From an uncultured Vicinamibacterales bacterium (GTDB lineage Bacteria > Acidobacteriota > Vicinamibacteria > Vicinamibacterales > JAKQTR01), in contig CAYZYG010000003.1 of NCBI GenBank assembly GCA_964481395.1, forward strand, positions 30,535 through 94,534: a stretch of DNA of 64,000 nt, given 5' to 3'. Positions 1-9,391 of the stretch are shown piece after piece (the stretch's first letter is position 1; each line of letters opens with the position of its first letter). The notes under the pieces are model-generated. The model worked only from the letters and a program-made list of their open reading frames with translations. It did no database searches and was not told the DNA's origin. A program made the translations under genes and the position numbers.

Positions 1-404
1 TCGGCCAGCAAGCCACGATCCGTCTTCGTTCGGGCGCAGAGTACGCCGGCCACGTCGCGCGCGTGGCCCTCGAGGCCGACCCGGTGACACGGGAACTCGA
101 GATCAACGTGGCCTTCGACACGAAGCCGCCACGCTTCGCCATCCACGAGCAGGCGGACGTCACCATCGTCGGCCGACGAGCCAGCGGGATCGTGGTGCCC
201 GCCGGGGCGCTGCGCCGCGGCGAGGGGGGCGCCAGCGTCTTCGTGCTCGACAACGGCACCGCGAAGCGTCGCCCGGTGCGCGTCGGCCTCGCCGGTTCGG
301 ATCGCGTGATCGTCACGGAGGGACTCACCGGGGGTGAACTGGTGATCCTGGCCCCGGCCGTCCAGGACGGCCAGCGCGTGACGGCCGCCGAGAAGGGGCG
401 GTAG
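1..404 (+). CDS. Periplasmic adaptor (HlyD/membrane-fusion family) of an ABC-type efflux system, C-terminal fragment; 5' end lies outside the window
   Basis: Reading frame of ORF 63..404 stays open to the window edge. C-terminal barrel-like sequence (VFVLDNGTAKRRPVRVGLAGSDRVIVTEGLTGGELVI). Ends 3 nt before an FtsX-type permease followed by an ATPase (DevB-DevC-DevA order). Confidence 0.6.
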   Translation, partial: GQQATIRLRSGAEYAGHVARVALEADPVTRELEINVAFDTKPPRFAIHEQADVTIVGRRASGIVVPAGALRRGEGGASVFVLDNGTAKRRPVRVGLAGSDRVIVTEGLTGGELVILAPAVQDGQRVTAAEKGR

Positions 405-407
405 GGC

Positions 408-1604
408 ATGGACCTGGCGGTCAAGGACATGCGGCGCCACGCGGGGCGCTTCATCGGCACCGTCGTCGGCGTGAGCCTGCTCATCTCGATCGTGCTCATC
501 ATGAACGGGATGTACCGCGGCAACATCGCGGATGGCATCTGGCTGATCGACCACACAGACGTGGATCTGTGGGCCGTGGAGCGGGACCGCGGCGGGCCGT
601 TCAACGAGTCGTCTCGTGTGCCGGAGACCCTGTACCGTGCCGTCGCCGCCGTGCCAGGCGTCGCGGTGTCGAGCCCGTTCATTTTCTACACGGTCGAGCG
701 CGAGATCGAAGGACGCAGCCAGCACTTCACGATCATCGGGTACGACGTATTGGGTGGTCTCGGCGGCCCTCCGGCCGTGCAGTCGGGCCGGGGGATTCGC
801 GAGCCGCGCTACGAGGTCGTGGCCGACGCGAAGCTCGGCCTCCGGCTCGGCCAGCGGATCCGCCTCGGGCGGCACGACTACACGGTCGTCGGTCTGACGA
901 AGCGAGCCGTGGATCTCGGGGGCAACCCGCTCCTCTACATGTCTCTGCCGGACGCCCAGGAAGTGCTGTACCAGCGTGACAACGAGGCCATCCGGTCGGC
1001 CCGGTACGCCACGCGGCGGGCGATCGAGGCTCAGGGATACTCGCCCGCGGAGGCGGAGCGCCTGCTGCCGATGATCTCGGGGGCCGAGACCCGCACGATT
1101 GCCGCCGTGCTGGTGCGGGTCCAGCCGGGCGTCGACGTGAACGCCGTCAAGGCCGGCATCGAGGCACGGCTGCTGCTCTCGGCCTTCACGCCCGACGAAC
1201 AGCGCGATCTGCTGCTGAGGGGGCGTCTGATGCGGATGACCCAGGTCCTCGGCCTGTTCCGCACCCTGCTCGTGATCGTGTCCGTCGTCATCATGGCGCT
1301 CATCGTCTATGTGATGACGATGGACAAGATCAAGTCGATCGCCACGTTGAAGCTCATCGGCGCGTCCAACATCGTCATCGTGCGGCTGATCCTCGAGCAG
1401 TCGCTCCTGCTGGCCGTGGTCGGCAGCGTGACCGCGTGGGGCCTCGTTCAGCTGACGCAGGAATCCTTCCCACGAACGCTCGTCTTCGAGACGTTCGACA
1501 CGGCGGTGACGTTCGGCGTGCTGTTCGTCGGCGGGATCGTGGCGAGTCTGTTCGGCATCTGGCGCGCGCTGCGTACCCCGCCGTCGCTCGCGCTGGGGGG
1601 ATGA
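408..1604 (+). CDS. ABC transporter permease, FtsX/MacB-type (DevC-like)
   Basis: 398 aa. N-terminal TM helix, large periplasmic domain, C-terminal FtsX-like TM bundle (KLIGASNIVIVRLILEQSLLLAVVGS...). Sits between the adaptor and the ATPase. Confidence 0.8.
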   Translation: MDLAVKDMRRHAGRFIGTVVGVSLLISIVLIMNGMYRGNIADGIWLIDHTDVDLWAVERDRGGPFNESSRVPETLYRAVAAVPGVAVSSPFIFYTVEREIEGRSQHFTIIGYDVLGGLGGPPAVQSGRGIREPRYEVVADAKLGLRLGQRIRLGRHDYTVVGLTKRAVDLGGNPLLYMSLPDAQEVLYQRDNEAIRSARYATRRAIEAQGYSPAEAERLLPMISGAETRTIAAVLVRVQPGVDVNAVKAGIEARLLLSAFTPDEQRDLLLRGRLMRMTQVLGLFRTLLVIVSVVIMALIVYVMTMDKIKSIATLKLIGASNIVIVRLILEQSLLLAVVGSVTAWGLVQLTQESFPRTLVFETFDTAVTFGVLFVGGIVASLFGIWRALRTPPSLALGG

Positions 1605-2278
1605 TGGCCGTCGTCGAAGTCGAAGGCCTCCGCAAGGTGTTCGGGAGCGGCGATCTCGCCGTGACCGCGCTCGACGGGGTGGATGTCGAGATTCAGGCGG
1701 GCGAGCTGTTCGCGCTGCTGGGTCCGAGCGGGTCCGGCAAGAGCACGCTGCTCCTGTGCATCAGCCTGATCGTCGAGCCCACGGCCGGCCGGATCCGCGT
1801 CGCGGGGAGAGACGTGTTCGCCGACGGCGCCTCACGCGTCAACGCGCGCCGCTACCGACGCGAGAGCATCGGCTTCGTCTTTCAGTCGCACAACCTGATT
1901 CCGTTCCTGAACGCGCGCGACAATGTGGCGGTGGCCGTCGAACTCGGCGGCGAGAGCTCCCGTCGGGCGAGGCGCCGTGCGATGGAACTGCTCGAGTACC
2001 TGGAACTCGGATCGCGGGCTCACGCCACGCCGGACGCGCTGTCAGGCGGCGAACAGCAGCGGGTCGCCATCGCGCGGGCTCTGGCGAACTCGCCGCCGGT
2101 CATCTTCGCCGACGAGCCCACCGCGTCGCTCGACACCGAGCGCGGCTTCAAGGTCATGGGCCTCCTGCGGAAGATCGCCAGGGAGCGCCAGTCGGCCGTC
2201 ATCGTCGTCACGCACGACGAGCGAATGATCGAAGGCTTCGACACCGTGAAGCGGCTGCGCGACGGCCGGTTCGGGTGA
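1601..2278 (+). CDS. ABC transporter ATP-binding protein
   Basis: Walker [10 protein letters not shown], signature [15 protein letters not shown], Walker B VIFADEPT. Start trimmed to the ATG at 1601, which overlaps the permease stop (ATGA); the upstream part of ORF 1436..2278 is Arg-rich out-of-frame sequence. Confidence 0.9.
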   Translation: MMAVVEVEGLRKVFGSGDLAVTALDGVDVEIQAGELFALLGPSGSGKSTLLLCISLIVEPTAGRIRVAGRDVFADGASRVNARRYRRESIGFVFQSHNLIPFLNARDNVAVAVELGGESSRRARRRAMELLEYLELGSRAHATPDALSGGEQQRVAIARALANSPPVIFADEPTASLDTERGFKVMGLLRKIARERQSAVIVVTHDERMIEGFDTVKRLRDGRFG

Positions 2279-2323
2279 CCGTCGCGCCCGGCGCGAACCG
2301 TGCGGCCTGCGTCGCCGGCCCTG

Positions 2324-3994
2324 TCAACGCGCGTCGACCCGCGCCGTGGCGATCACGGCAGGCGTGCGGTCGGCAGCATCGTGCAGGGAGCCGTAGCGGG
2401 CGACTGCAGATGTCGCCGTTTCTCTGAGATCCCGGACGAACCCGTACGAGACGGTCTGATACAGCAGCCGGGCCGTAACCGCCAGCGGACCCTCGGCATC
2501 GTGCGTTTCGATGAGATACGTCAGACGATCCGTGCCCCCCGAGAAGTTGCGATCCTGTGCCGCGCATCCGTAGACCGCCACGTCAGCCGGCGCCGTCGCG
2601 GGATCGAACCCCGCCGGAAGCAGGCGGTTGTCCTTGGCGTACCGGGCTCCGCGCAGCAGCGTGTAGGTGACCGCTCCGTCGGAATCGGCCATGATGGCCT
2701 CGTAAATCTGCACCTGCGATGCCTCGGTGATGCGATCGTAGTGGGGCTCGAAGGCGTCTGGATCCTCGTCGGCTGCATTCCCGGCGATGCTGCCGTCCTC
2801 CAGCGGTCTGCCTGATTCGAAGACCACCCGTCCGTCGCTGCCGGTCACCGTCAGGTGCACCCACGCGCGCCTCGACGGGAACCCGGTCGGCAGCTTGTGA
2901 CCGGTGAGGCTCTGGACGCGCAGTCCCACCGTGAGCAGCCCGTCGTCGAGACGGGCGTCTTCGACGAACAGCTTGGCAGTGCCGGCGGCAAACTGGTCGG
3001 TCGTCCGCTGGATCGTCGCCTGGAACTGATCGGTTGACGCTGTCAGCCCAAGCTCGTCGATGCTCCTTGAGAGGATGCCCAGCATGAAGGTATTCGCTCC
3101 GGCGAAAATGTGCTGGCTGAATGGGCTGCGCGGAGTCAGCCAGCGCCAGGGGCGGTTCGCAATCACCACGCTTCCGGTGGCCGCTGGCATGTGGCACTGG
3201 CGGCAACTCCGATCCTCGTCGACCCCGTCGCCGTAGCTGCTGTGCCGCCATTCGAGATAGGGCGTCTGCTCCGGCAACTGCCCGACGATGGCACCGGTTG
3301 CGTCGACGGTCGGGGTATAGAGCGTGTGGCACGTGGCGCAGAGCCCCGAGTCGCCCACGTGCGGGCTGTGTGTGGGAGTGAACCCGCTGGACTGCCGCAT
3401 CGGGTTCAGCAGCGGTGCGTTGAAGGGGCCGAAGACGGGGGCGGCCGGCCGCGCCGTCCTGGTATCGATGACGTAATGGCCGGTGAAGCCCGGTGGGGCA
3501 CCCAGATCGCGGTTCTGGATCTGATGACAGAGCGTGCACGACACGCCGTCACGGGCGGCCTGGTGCAGGGGATGCGCGTCGTCGAGGAATCCCCTGTCCA
3601 GCAGGGCAACCGGCGACGCGTCCGCCACGGCCTGGGTGCGCGCCATCGGCGTGTGGCAGGTCGCGCACTTGTCTTCGATGACGGCCTTGAGCGCCGGTGT
3701 TTTCGCCGCCTCTGCGCTCACCTTCGCCTGCCACAGGGGATCGCGCGAGCTGTTGGCCATCATCGTCGAGCGCCAGTGCGTGTCGATGGAGACATCCTGA
3801 CGCGCCGCATCGACAAGGCCAGTGTGGCAGGCGGCGCAGTTCCCTGAGCCTGAAAAGTGAGACGTGTCGAACGTCGGGAGCGGCCGCCCCGCGTATCGCG
3901 GCACCGGACCCTGTGCGAAGAGTCCGGCCGCAATGCCGAGCGACCCAGCGACGACGACCATCCGGAGTACCGTGCGTGTACGATGCCTGCTCAT
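2324..3994 (-). CDS. Secreted multiheme c-type cytochrome (five CXXCH sites) with a long heme-free C-terminal domain
   Basis: Heme motifs CAACH, CATCH, CTLCH, CATCH, CRQCH. Start trimmed to [29 protein letters not shown] (signal peptide). Confidence 0.8.
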   Translation of the reverse strand: MSRHRTRTVLRMVVVAGSLGIAAGLFAQGPVPRYAGRPLPTFDTSHFSGSGNCAACHTGLVDAARQDVSIDTHWRSTMMANSSRDPLWQAKVSAEAAKTPALKAVIEDKCATCHTPMARTQAVADASPVALLDRGFLDDAHPLHQAARDGVSCTLCHQIQNRDLGAPPGFTGHYVIDTRTARPAAPVFGPFNAPLLNPMRQSSGFTPTHSPHVGDSGLCATCHTLYTPTVDATGAIVGQLPEQTPYLEWRHSSYGDGVDEDRSCRQCHMPAATGSVVIANRPWRWLTPRSPFSQHIFAGANTFMLGILSRSIDELGLTASTDQFQATIQRTTDQFAAGTAKLFVEDARLDDGLLTVGLRVQSLTGHKLPTGFPSRRAWVHLTVTGSDGRVVFESGRPLEDGSIAGNAADEDPDAFEPHYDRITEASQVQIYEAIMADSDGAVTYTLLRGARYAKDNRLLPAGFDPATAPADVAVYGCAAQDRNFSGGTDRLTYLIETHDAEGPLAVTARLLYQTVSYGFVRDLRETATSAVARYGSLHDAADRTPAVIATARVDAR

Positions 3995-4448
3995 CGAAGT
4001 CTCCGTTCCTCCGGGCCGCGCCCGCCTGAATCGTGGGGCTCCGCCGGCTGATGTCGGACGGAAGGCTTCGACCCCCACGATCGGCGGCGTCTTGGACACG
4101 GACGTCGGATCCCGCCCGCTCGCTCATCACCCAGTCCTGATGGCGCAAGAAACGCTGCCGTGCGAGCGCATCGAGGAACTGAGCAAGTTGCAAGCCAGCC
4201 GATGCGTTGCGTGGCGCAAGCGCCCCCAACTCCTTCATCGGACGAAGGTTGCCCGGGGCAGGGCGGGCCCGTTGGGCGTCGGGGATGGACTGGGCGCTCG
4301 ACCGCCTGGTCGAGAGACGTCGACCATCTGGTCGACGCGCGCGGCCTCACGTTCCCGCGCGCCGGCGTAGGCCGCACTGTCGATGGGACGGGATCCTCCG
4401 GCTTGACGCCCGGCAGCGGTTGCCCGAAGATGGGGCATTCAACGAAAG

Positions 4449-5435
4449 GTGGACCGGATGGCCGATGTCGTCCACGACGTGGTGCGCGAACAGCTCACCT
4501 CACGACGGGTCCGGCTGCAGGCGGCGCTCGAGCAGCCGAACGTGCCAGCGGAACTGCGCGGACTGCTCGACGAGGTGGATGCCGCGCTCCATCGTCTGGA
4601 TCACGGCGTCTACGGGCGCTGCGAGACCTGCGGCGATGCGATCGAGAGCAGCCGTCTCCTGGCCGACCCCCTGCTTCGCTTCTGCCTGGACCACCTGACC
4701 GCGGCCCAGCAGGCCGGCCTGCAGCGCGACCTCGAGCTGGCCGCGCGCGTCCAGCAGGGCCTCCTGCCGTCCCCGGCGCAGCAGGTGCCGGGATGGGTGT
4801 TCGCGTACGAATACCATCCGGCCGGCATCGTCAGTGGCGACTACTGTGACGTGCTGCCGGTGGCGTCTGGGGACACGTACTTCCTGCTGGGCGACATCGC
4901 CGGGAAGGGCGTTGCGGCCTCGATGCACATGACGCAGCTGCACGCGATGTTCAGGTCGCTGGCGCCCCTGGGCATGCCACTCTCCAGCCTCGTCGAACGC
5001 GTCAGCGCCATCCTCTGCGACAGCTCGTTGCCCACTCACTATGCGACCCTGGCCTGCGTGCGCGCGATGCCGCACGGCGAGGCGGAGGTCTGCAACGCGG
5101 GTCACATGCCCGTGCTCCTGGTCCGGCCTGGCGGCGTCACGCGGATCGATTCGGAGAGCCTGCCAGTCGGCCTCTTCTGCAGCGCGAGCTTCGCCACGCG
5201 CCACGTGCGCCTGGAACCGGGCGACACGCTCGTGCTCTTTTCGGACGGTGTATCGGAAGCCGAAGACCCCGAGGGCGGCGAGTTCGGCGTGGATCGCATC
5301 GAGGCCAGGAGCCGGGTGCTCGCGGCTGACGGGCCGGCGGCACTGGCACGCTCGCTGGCCGAAGAGTCAAGGCGCTTCACGCAGGGTGCCCCGCAGGCCG
5401 ACGACCTCACGGTGCTCGCGGTGCGCCGGGTCTGA
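4449..5435 (+). CDS. PP2C/SpoIIE-family protein phosphatase with an N-terminal TraR/DksA-type zinc finger
   Basis: N-terminus has CETC-x17-CLDH (CxxC-x17-CxxH) after a helical segment. C-terminus has SpoIIE motifs (SGDYCDV, LGDIAGKGVAASMHM, FSDGVSEA, DDLTVLAV). GTG at 4449 or ATG at 4458. Confidence 0.75.
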   Translation: MDRMADVVHDVVREQLTSRRVRLQAALEQPNVPAELRGLLDEVDAALHRLDHGVYGRCETCGDAIESSRLLADPLLRFCLDHLTAAQQAGLQRDLELAARVQQGLLPSPAQQVPGWVFAYEYHPAGIVSGDYCDVLPVASGDTYFLLGDIAGKGVAASMHMTQLHAMFRSLAPLGMPLSSLVERVSAILCDSSLPTHYATLACVRAMPHGEAEVCNAGHMPVLLVRPGGVTRIDSESLPVGLFCSASFATRHVRLEPGDTLVLFSDGVSEAEDPEGGEFGVDRIEARSRVLAADGPAALARSLAEESRRFTQGAPQADDLTVLAVRRV

Positions 5436-5439
5436 TCCG

Positions 5440-8112
5440 TCACTCCGCCCGCAGGGCGACGACCGGATCGAGCCTGGTCGCGCGGCGGGCCGGCAGATAG
5501 CTGGCCAGAAGCGCCACCACGAAGAGCACCACCGAGACGGCCGCCAGCACGAGCGGATTGGCCGCGGAGGTGCCGACGAGCCCCGCCCGCAGCAGCATCG
5601 CCAGCCCGAACGATCCGGCGAGCCCCACGGTCATTCCCGCGACGACCCACCACATGCTCCGGCCGACGAAGAGCCGGACGATGTCCCGGCGCCCGGCTCC
5701 GAGAGCGACGCGGATGCCGATCTCGTGCGTGCGCTGCTCCACCGCGTAACTGACCACGGCTCCAATGCCCACGCTCGCCAGCGCCAGCGCCAGCAGCCCG
5801 AATCCGCACAGCAGCCACATCGCGAAGCGGCGCGAGCCCACCGATCCCGCCACAACCTCGTCCATCGTGCCGACGCTCGACACGGGCAGATCCGGATCGG
5901 CTCGCTCCACCGCAGAGGCCGCGGCCGCGGCGAAGCCGCCTGGCTCGGCGGCCGTCCTGACCACGATCGTCATCCAGGGCCAGGCTGCCTGAGTGTAGGG
6001 CCGGAAGAACTGCGGCCTGATGTCGCGGTCGAGCCCCCAGTGCCGCGTATTACCGACGATGCCGACGACCGTGAGCCAGGTGTTGCCGTCCTGCGCGATC
6101 CCGATCTTGATGCGCTGGCCCAGCGCGTCGCGCTCCGGCCAGAACTGCCGGGCCATGGCTTCGTTGATGACGATGACGCCGGGGGAGCCGAGCGTGTCGC
6201 GGTCGGTGAACTCACGCCCGTTCACGATGGGGATGCCCATGGTGCGGAAGTACCCGGGACACGCCACGCTGTAGGACGCATTGGGCCAGCGCCCGTCGGC
6301 CGGCAGCGGCCGGCCCTCGATCTCGAAGCCGCGGCTCGCGTTGCCCCGGAGCGGCAGGTGCGCCACGGCGCCCACCGAGCGCACGCCCGGAACGGCGCCC
6401 ACCTGCTCGGCCACGTCCTGGCAGAACCGCGCTTTCACGGGCGGGCCGTAGTACGTGTTGACCTGTGGCACGGCCGTCTGCATGGTCAGCACGTTGGAGG
6501 CATCGAATCCGGGGACCACGCCGACGATGCGCCAGACGCTCGCCATCATGAGCCCTGCTCCGCAGAGCACCACCAGCGTGAGCGCCACTTCGGTGGCGAC
6601 CAGCACGTGGCGCCCGCGCGCCCGCCCGACGGCGGCGTCGCCACCGCGTTCGCTCAGCGGATCGGTGGATTCCGTCCTGAACGCGCTCAACGCCGGTGCG
6701 AGGCCGAACAGGAGTCCGGTCAGCCCCGACGCGACGAGGGCGAAGGCCAGGACCGCGCCGTCCACGTGCGCGCCGTCGAGCGGTCGGAAGGGCACCCGCG
6801 AAAACGCGCCCGGCAGGATCCGCACGAACAGCGAGGAGCCCCATGCGGCCAGGAGCAGGCCGGCCGCGCCCCCGAGCGCGCTCAGCATCAGGCTCTCGAT
6901 CAGGAGCTGACGCGCGATGCGCCAGCCGGTTGCGCCGAGCGCCCGGCGCACGGCCAGCTCGCGCCTGCGCCGCGCCCCGCGGGCGAGGAGCAGATTCGCG
7001 ACGTTCACGCACGCCACGAGCAGGACGAAGCCGACCGCTGAGAGGAGGAGGATCATCAGCTGCCGCAGGCCGGAGAGATCCGCCTCGCCCATGGGTTCGA
7101 CGACGGTGCGCGCCTGTTCGGAGCCCTTGGGTTGTTGTTCGGCGATGCGCGACTGGATGAGCGTCATCGCCGACTGGGCCTCGGCCGCGCCGACGTCCGG
7201 CCGGAGTCGCGCGAAGGCGATGAAGCTGCGCGAGTTGCGCGCGCGATCGCCCTCCGTGTAGCCGGCCGGCACGAAGAGCTGCCGGGGCGCGCTCCGATAC
7301 TGGAACTGGAACTCTGGCGGCATGATGCCCACGACCTCGAACGGCTCGCCGTCGATCCGGATCGTCCTGCCCACGATGGCGCGGTCTCCGCCGTACCGGC
7401 GCTGCCACAAGGCGTAGGTCAGCACGACGATGCGGTCGGTGCCGAGGCGGTCCTCTCCGGGGCGGAACGTTCGGCCGATGAAGGGTGCGACGCCGAGCAC
7501 GTCAAAGAACGCCGCGCTCACGCGGAGTCCCGACACGCCCTCGGCCTGCCGCCCGCTGGTGTCGCTGCCCAGGTTGTAGGCCCGGCCGGCCGAGTCGAAG
7601 AGGGCCATCCCGCTGAACACGCGGTTGTCGCGCTCCCAGTCCCAGAAGTCCGGTGCCGACACGATGCCCCTGTCGTTGCTTCCTGGGCCGTCGCTCAGCC
7701 AGACGAACACGAGCCGGTCGGCGTCCGGGAAGGGAAGGGGCCTGAGGAGCGTCGAGTTGACCAGCGTGAAGATGGTCGTGTTGGCACCGATGCCGAGTGC
7801 GAGGGTGGCGACAACGGCCGCGGTGAAGAGCGGGGCTCGCCAGAGCGTTCGCCAGCCGTAGCGGAGATCCTGCCACACGGTCTCGAGATGCGTTTCCCAT
7901 CCCGCGTCGCGAATCGAGTCCTTGACCGCCTCGAGACTGCCCATCTCGACGCGGGCCGCGCGACGCGCCTCGCCGGCGCTGAGCCCGTCCTTCATCTTCT
8001 CGGCGACCGCGGCGTCGAGATACGCCTGCAGCTCGTCATCCAGGTCCCGCTCCGCCCGGCCCTTCCACAGCAGCGTCCGGAGGCCCGCCGCGAGATGGCG
8101 TCTGAGTGACAT
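5440..8112 (-). CDS. ADOP-family (acidobacterial duplicated orphan permease) MacB-like permease with N-terminal prefix domain
   Basis: 890 aa. Prefix domain (RAERDLDDELQAYLDAAVAEKMKDGLSAGEARRAARVEMG), then a TM helix (FTAAVVATLALGIGANTTIF) and two FtsX-type modules. Directly downstream of PadR. Confidence 0.9.
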   Translation of the reverse strand: MSLRRHLAAGLRTLLWKGRAERDLDDELQAYLDAAVAEKMKDGLSAGEARRAARVEMGSLEAVKDSIRDAGWETHLETVWQDLRYGWRTLWRAPLFTAAVVATLALGIGANTTIFTLVNSTLLRPLPFPDADRLVFVWLSDGPGSNDRGIVSAPDFWDWERDNRVFSGMALFDSAGRAYNLGSDTSGRQAEGVSGLRVSAAFFDVLGVAPFIGRTFRPGEDRLGTDRIVVLTYALWQRRYGGDRAIVGRTIRIDGEPFEVVGIMPPEFQFQYRSAPRQLFVPAGYTEGDRARNSRSFIAFARLRPDVGAAEAQSAMTLIQSRIAEQQPKGSEQARTVVEPMGEADLSGLRQLMILLLSAVGFVLLVACVNVANLLLARGARRRRELAVRRALGATGWRIARQLLIESLMLSALGGAAGLLLAAWGSSLFVRILPGAFSRVPFRPLDGAHVDGAVLAFALVASGLTGLLFGLAPALSAFRTESTDPLSERGGDAAVGRARGRHVLVATEVALTLVVLCGAGLMMASVWRIVGVVPGFDASNVLTMQTAVPQVNTYYGPPVKARFCQDVAEQVGAVPGVRSVGAVAHLPLRGNASRGFEIEGRPLPADGRWPNASYSVACPGYFRTMGIPIVNGREFTDRDTLGSPGVIVINEAMARQFWPERDALGQRIKIGIAQDGNTWLTVVGIVGNTRHWGLDRDIRPQFFRPYTQAAWPWMTIVVRTAAEPGGFAAAAASAVERADPDLPVSSVGTMDEVVAGSVGSRRFAMWLLCGFGLLALALASVGIGAVVSYAVEQRTHEIGIRVALGAGRRDIVRLFVGRSMWWVVAGMTVGLAGSFGLAMLLRAGLVGTSAANPLVLAAVSVVLFVVALLASYLPARRATRLDPVVALRAE

Positions 8113-8130
8113 GGCTTCCTCCCGGACGAG

Positions 8131-8460
8131 TCAGGCCTCGAGGATGCGCGTGATGGCGGCCAGCTGACGGAACCATCCGCGGAGCTCTTCGTCGAGGCGG
8201 CGCCGGCCGGCGGCGCTGAGACTGTAGTACCTGGCGCGACGGTTGTTCTCGGTGGTCCGCCACGCGCCGATGATGAGCCCGTCGCGCTCGAGGCGCTTGA
8301 GGGCAGGGAACAGCGTGCCGGGGTTGACGTGGAACACGCCCTGGCTCATCTGCTCGAGGCGGAGCGTGATGCCGAAGCCGTGCAGGGGTTCGAGGGCGAG
8401 CGTCTTGAGGATGAGCATGTCCAGGGTGCCCTGGACGAGCTCGCTGGGTTGCAGGGCCAT
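8131..8460 (-). CDS. PadR-family transcriptional regulator
   Basis: 109 aa. Winged-helix PadR pattern (GTLDMLILKTLALEPLHGFGI...GTLFPALKRLERDGLI...RRARYYSLSAAG). 18 nt upstream of the ADOP permease. Confidence 0.9.
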   Translation of the reverse strand: MALQPSELVQGTLDMLILKTLALEPLHGFGITLRLEQMSQGVFHVNPGTLFPALKRLERDGLIIGAWRTTENNRRARYYSLSAAGRRRLDEELRGWFRQLAAITRILEA

Positions 8461-8602
8461 CGGCGTCAGTCCTTTCCTTTGGCCTGTCTAGAGGAGGAGA
8501 CGTCCAGAGTGGCGGCGAAGTTCCCTGGCCGCGCCGCGTCCGCAGGAAGGCCGTGCGGACGGGCGGTGTCCCGCCGACCTCCACGGGGAGAGCCTGGTCG
8601 GA

Positions 8603-8953
8603 GTGGTGGTGTTCGGATCGTGGGCCCGCGGCGAGGCGGGCGACACGTCCGACGTCGACGTGCTCGCCGTGCTCGATCGCCGCGTCCCGCTCTCGCGGAC
8701 GCTCTACCGTGCGTGGGACGCCCGGCCCGCCGAGTGGGCCGGCAGGCCCGTCGAAGTGCACCTCGCGCACCTGCCCGACCGGGACGCCGCGCCGTCGGGC
8801 TTCTGGGCGGAGGTCGCGCTCGACGGCGGTGTCCTCTACGAACGCGGCCGGCAGGTCTCGCAGGCGCTCGGCACCGTGCGGCGGGCGATCGCGGACGGGA
8901 GGCTCGTGCGGCGCACGGTACAGGGACAGCCGTACTGGTCACAGGTGGCCTGA
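8603..8953 (+). CDS. Minimal nucleotidyltransferase (MNT/MntA-like), antitoxin-type partner of the HEPN protein
   Basis: NTase motif FGSWARGEAGDTSDVDVLAV (GS...DxD) lies immediately after the GTG start. There is no other ATG/GTG/TTG upstream in frame back to a TAG at 8489, so the usual N-terminal helix is absent. Confidence 0.75.
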   Translation: MVVFGSWARGEAGDTSDVDVLAVLDRRVPLSRTLYRAWDARPAEWAGRPVEVHLAHLPDRDAAPSGFWAEVALDGGVLYERGRQVSQALGTVRRAIADGRLVRRTVQGQPYWSQVA

Positions 8954-8954
8954 G

Positions 8955-9359
8955 ATGCGAAACCAGGAACTCGCCAAGGACTACATCACGCGTGCCGCAG
9001 GCCGCCTCCGCGCCCTCGACGTGCTCTACGAGGACGGCCACTGGGCCGACGTCGTCCGCGAAGCGCAGGAAGTCGTCGAGCTTGCGCTCAAGGCCGCGCT
9101 CAGGGCGCGCGGCATCGACCCGCCGCGGCTGCACGACGTGTCGGAGGCGCTGCTGGCCGAGCGAGCTCGACTGCCGGGCCCGCTCGTGGCGGAACTGGAG
9201 GCGCTCGTCCGGATTTCACGCGAGCTCAGGCGCGACCGCGAGCTGGCGTTCTACGGGCCCGAGGACCTCACGCCGTCGGGCTTCTACTCGAAGGCCGACG
9301 CGACCAAGGCGAGGGACGGGGCCCGTCTGGTCGTGCGCGTCGTTCAGCCCCACGTGTGA
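8955..9359 (+). CDS. HEPN domain protein (classical PF05168-like), partner of the MNT
   Basis: ATG is 1 nt after the MNT stop. Helical HEPN pattern (AKDYITRAAGRLRALDVLYEDGHWADVVREAQEVVELALKAALRARG...LHDV...RRDRELAFYG). I could not see a clean Rx4-6H motif. Confidence 0.7.
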   Translation: MRNQELAKDYITRAAGRLRALDVLYEDGHWADVVREAQEVVELALKAALRARGIDPPRLHDVSEALLAERARLPGPLVAELEALVRISRELRRDRELAFYGPEDLTPSGFYSKADATKARDGARLVVRVVQPHV

Positions 9360-9391
9360 CGGACCGGCCCGTTGCCTCCTCCGCCACGGCT

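Noticed and set aside
3995-4448. Protein-like fragments in three minus-strand frames (e.g. KELGALAPRNASAGLQLAQFLDALARQRFL; SAAYAGAREREAARVDQMVDV) suggesting a decayed gene
   Set aside because: No family motif was recognised, and the fragments are short and frame-hopping. They cannot be separated from composition artefacts without a translated database search.
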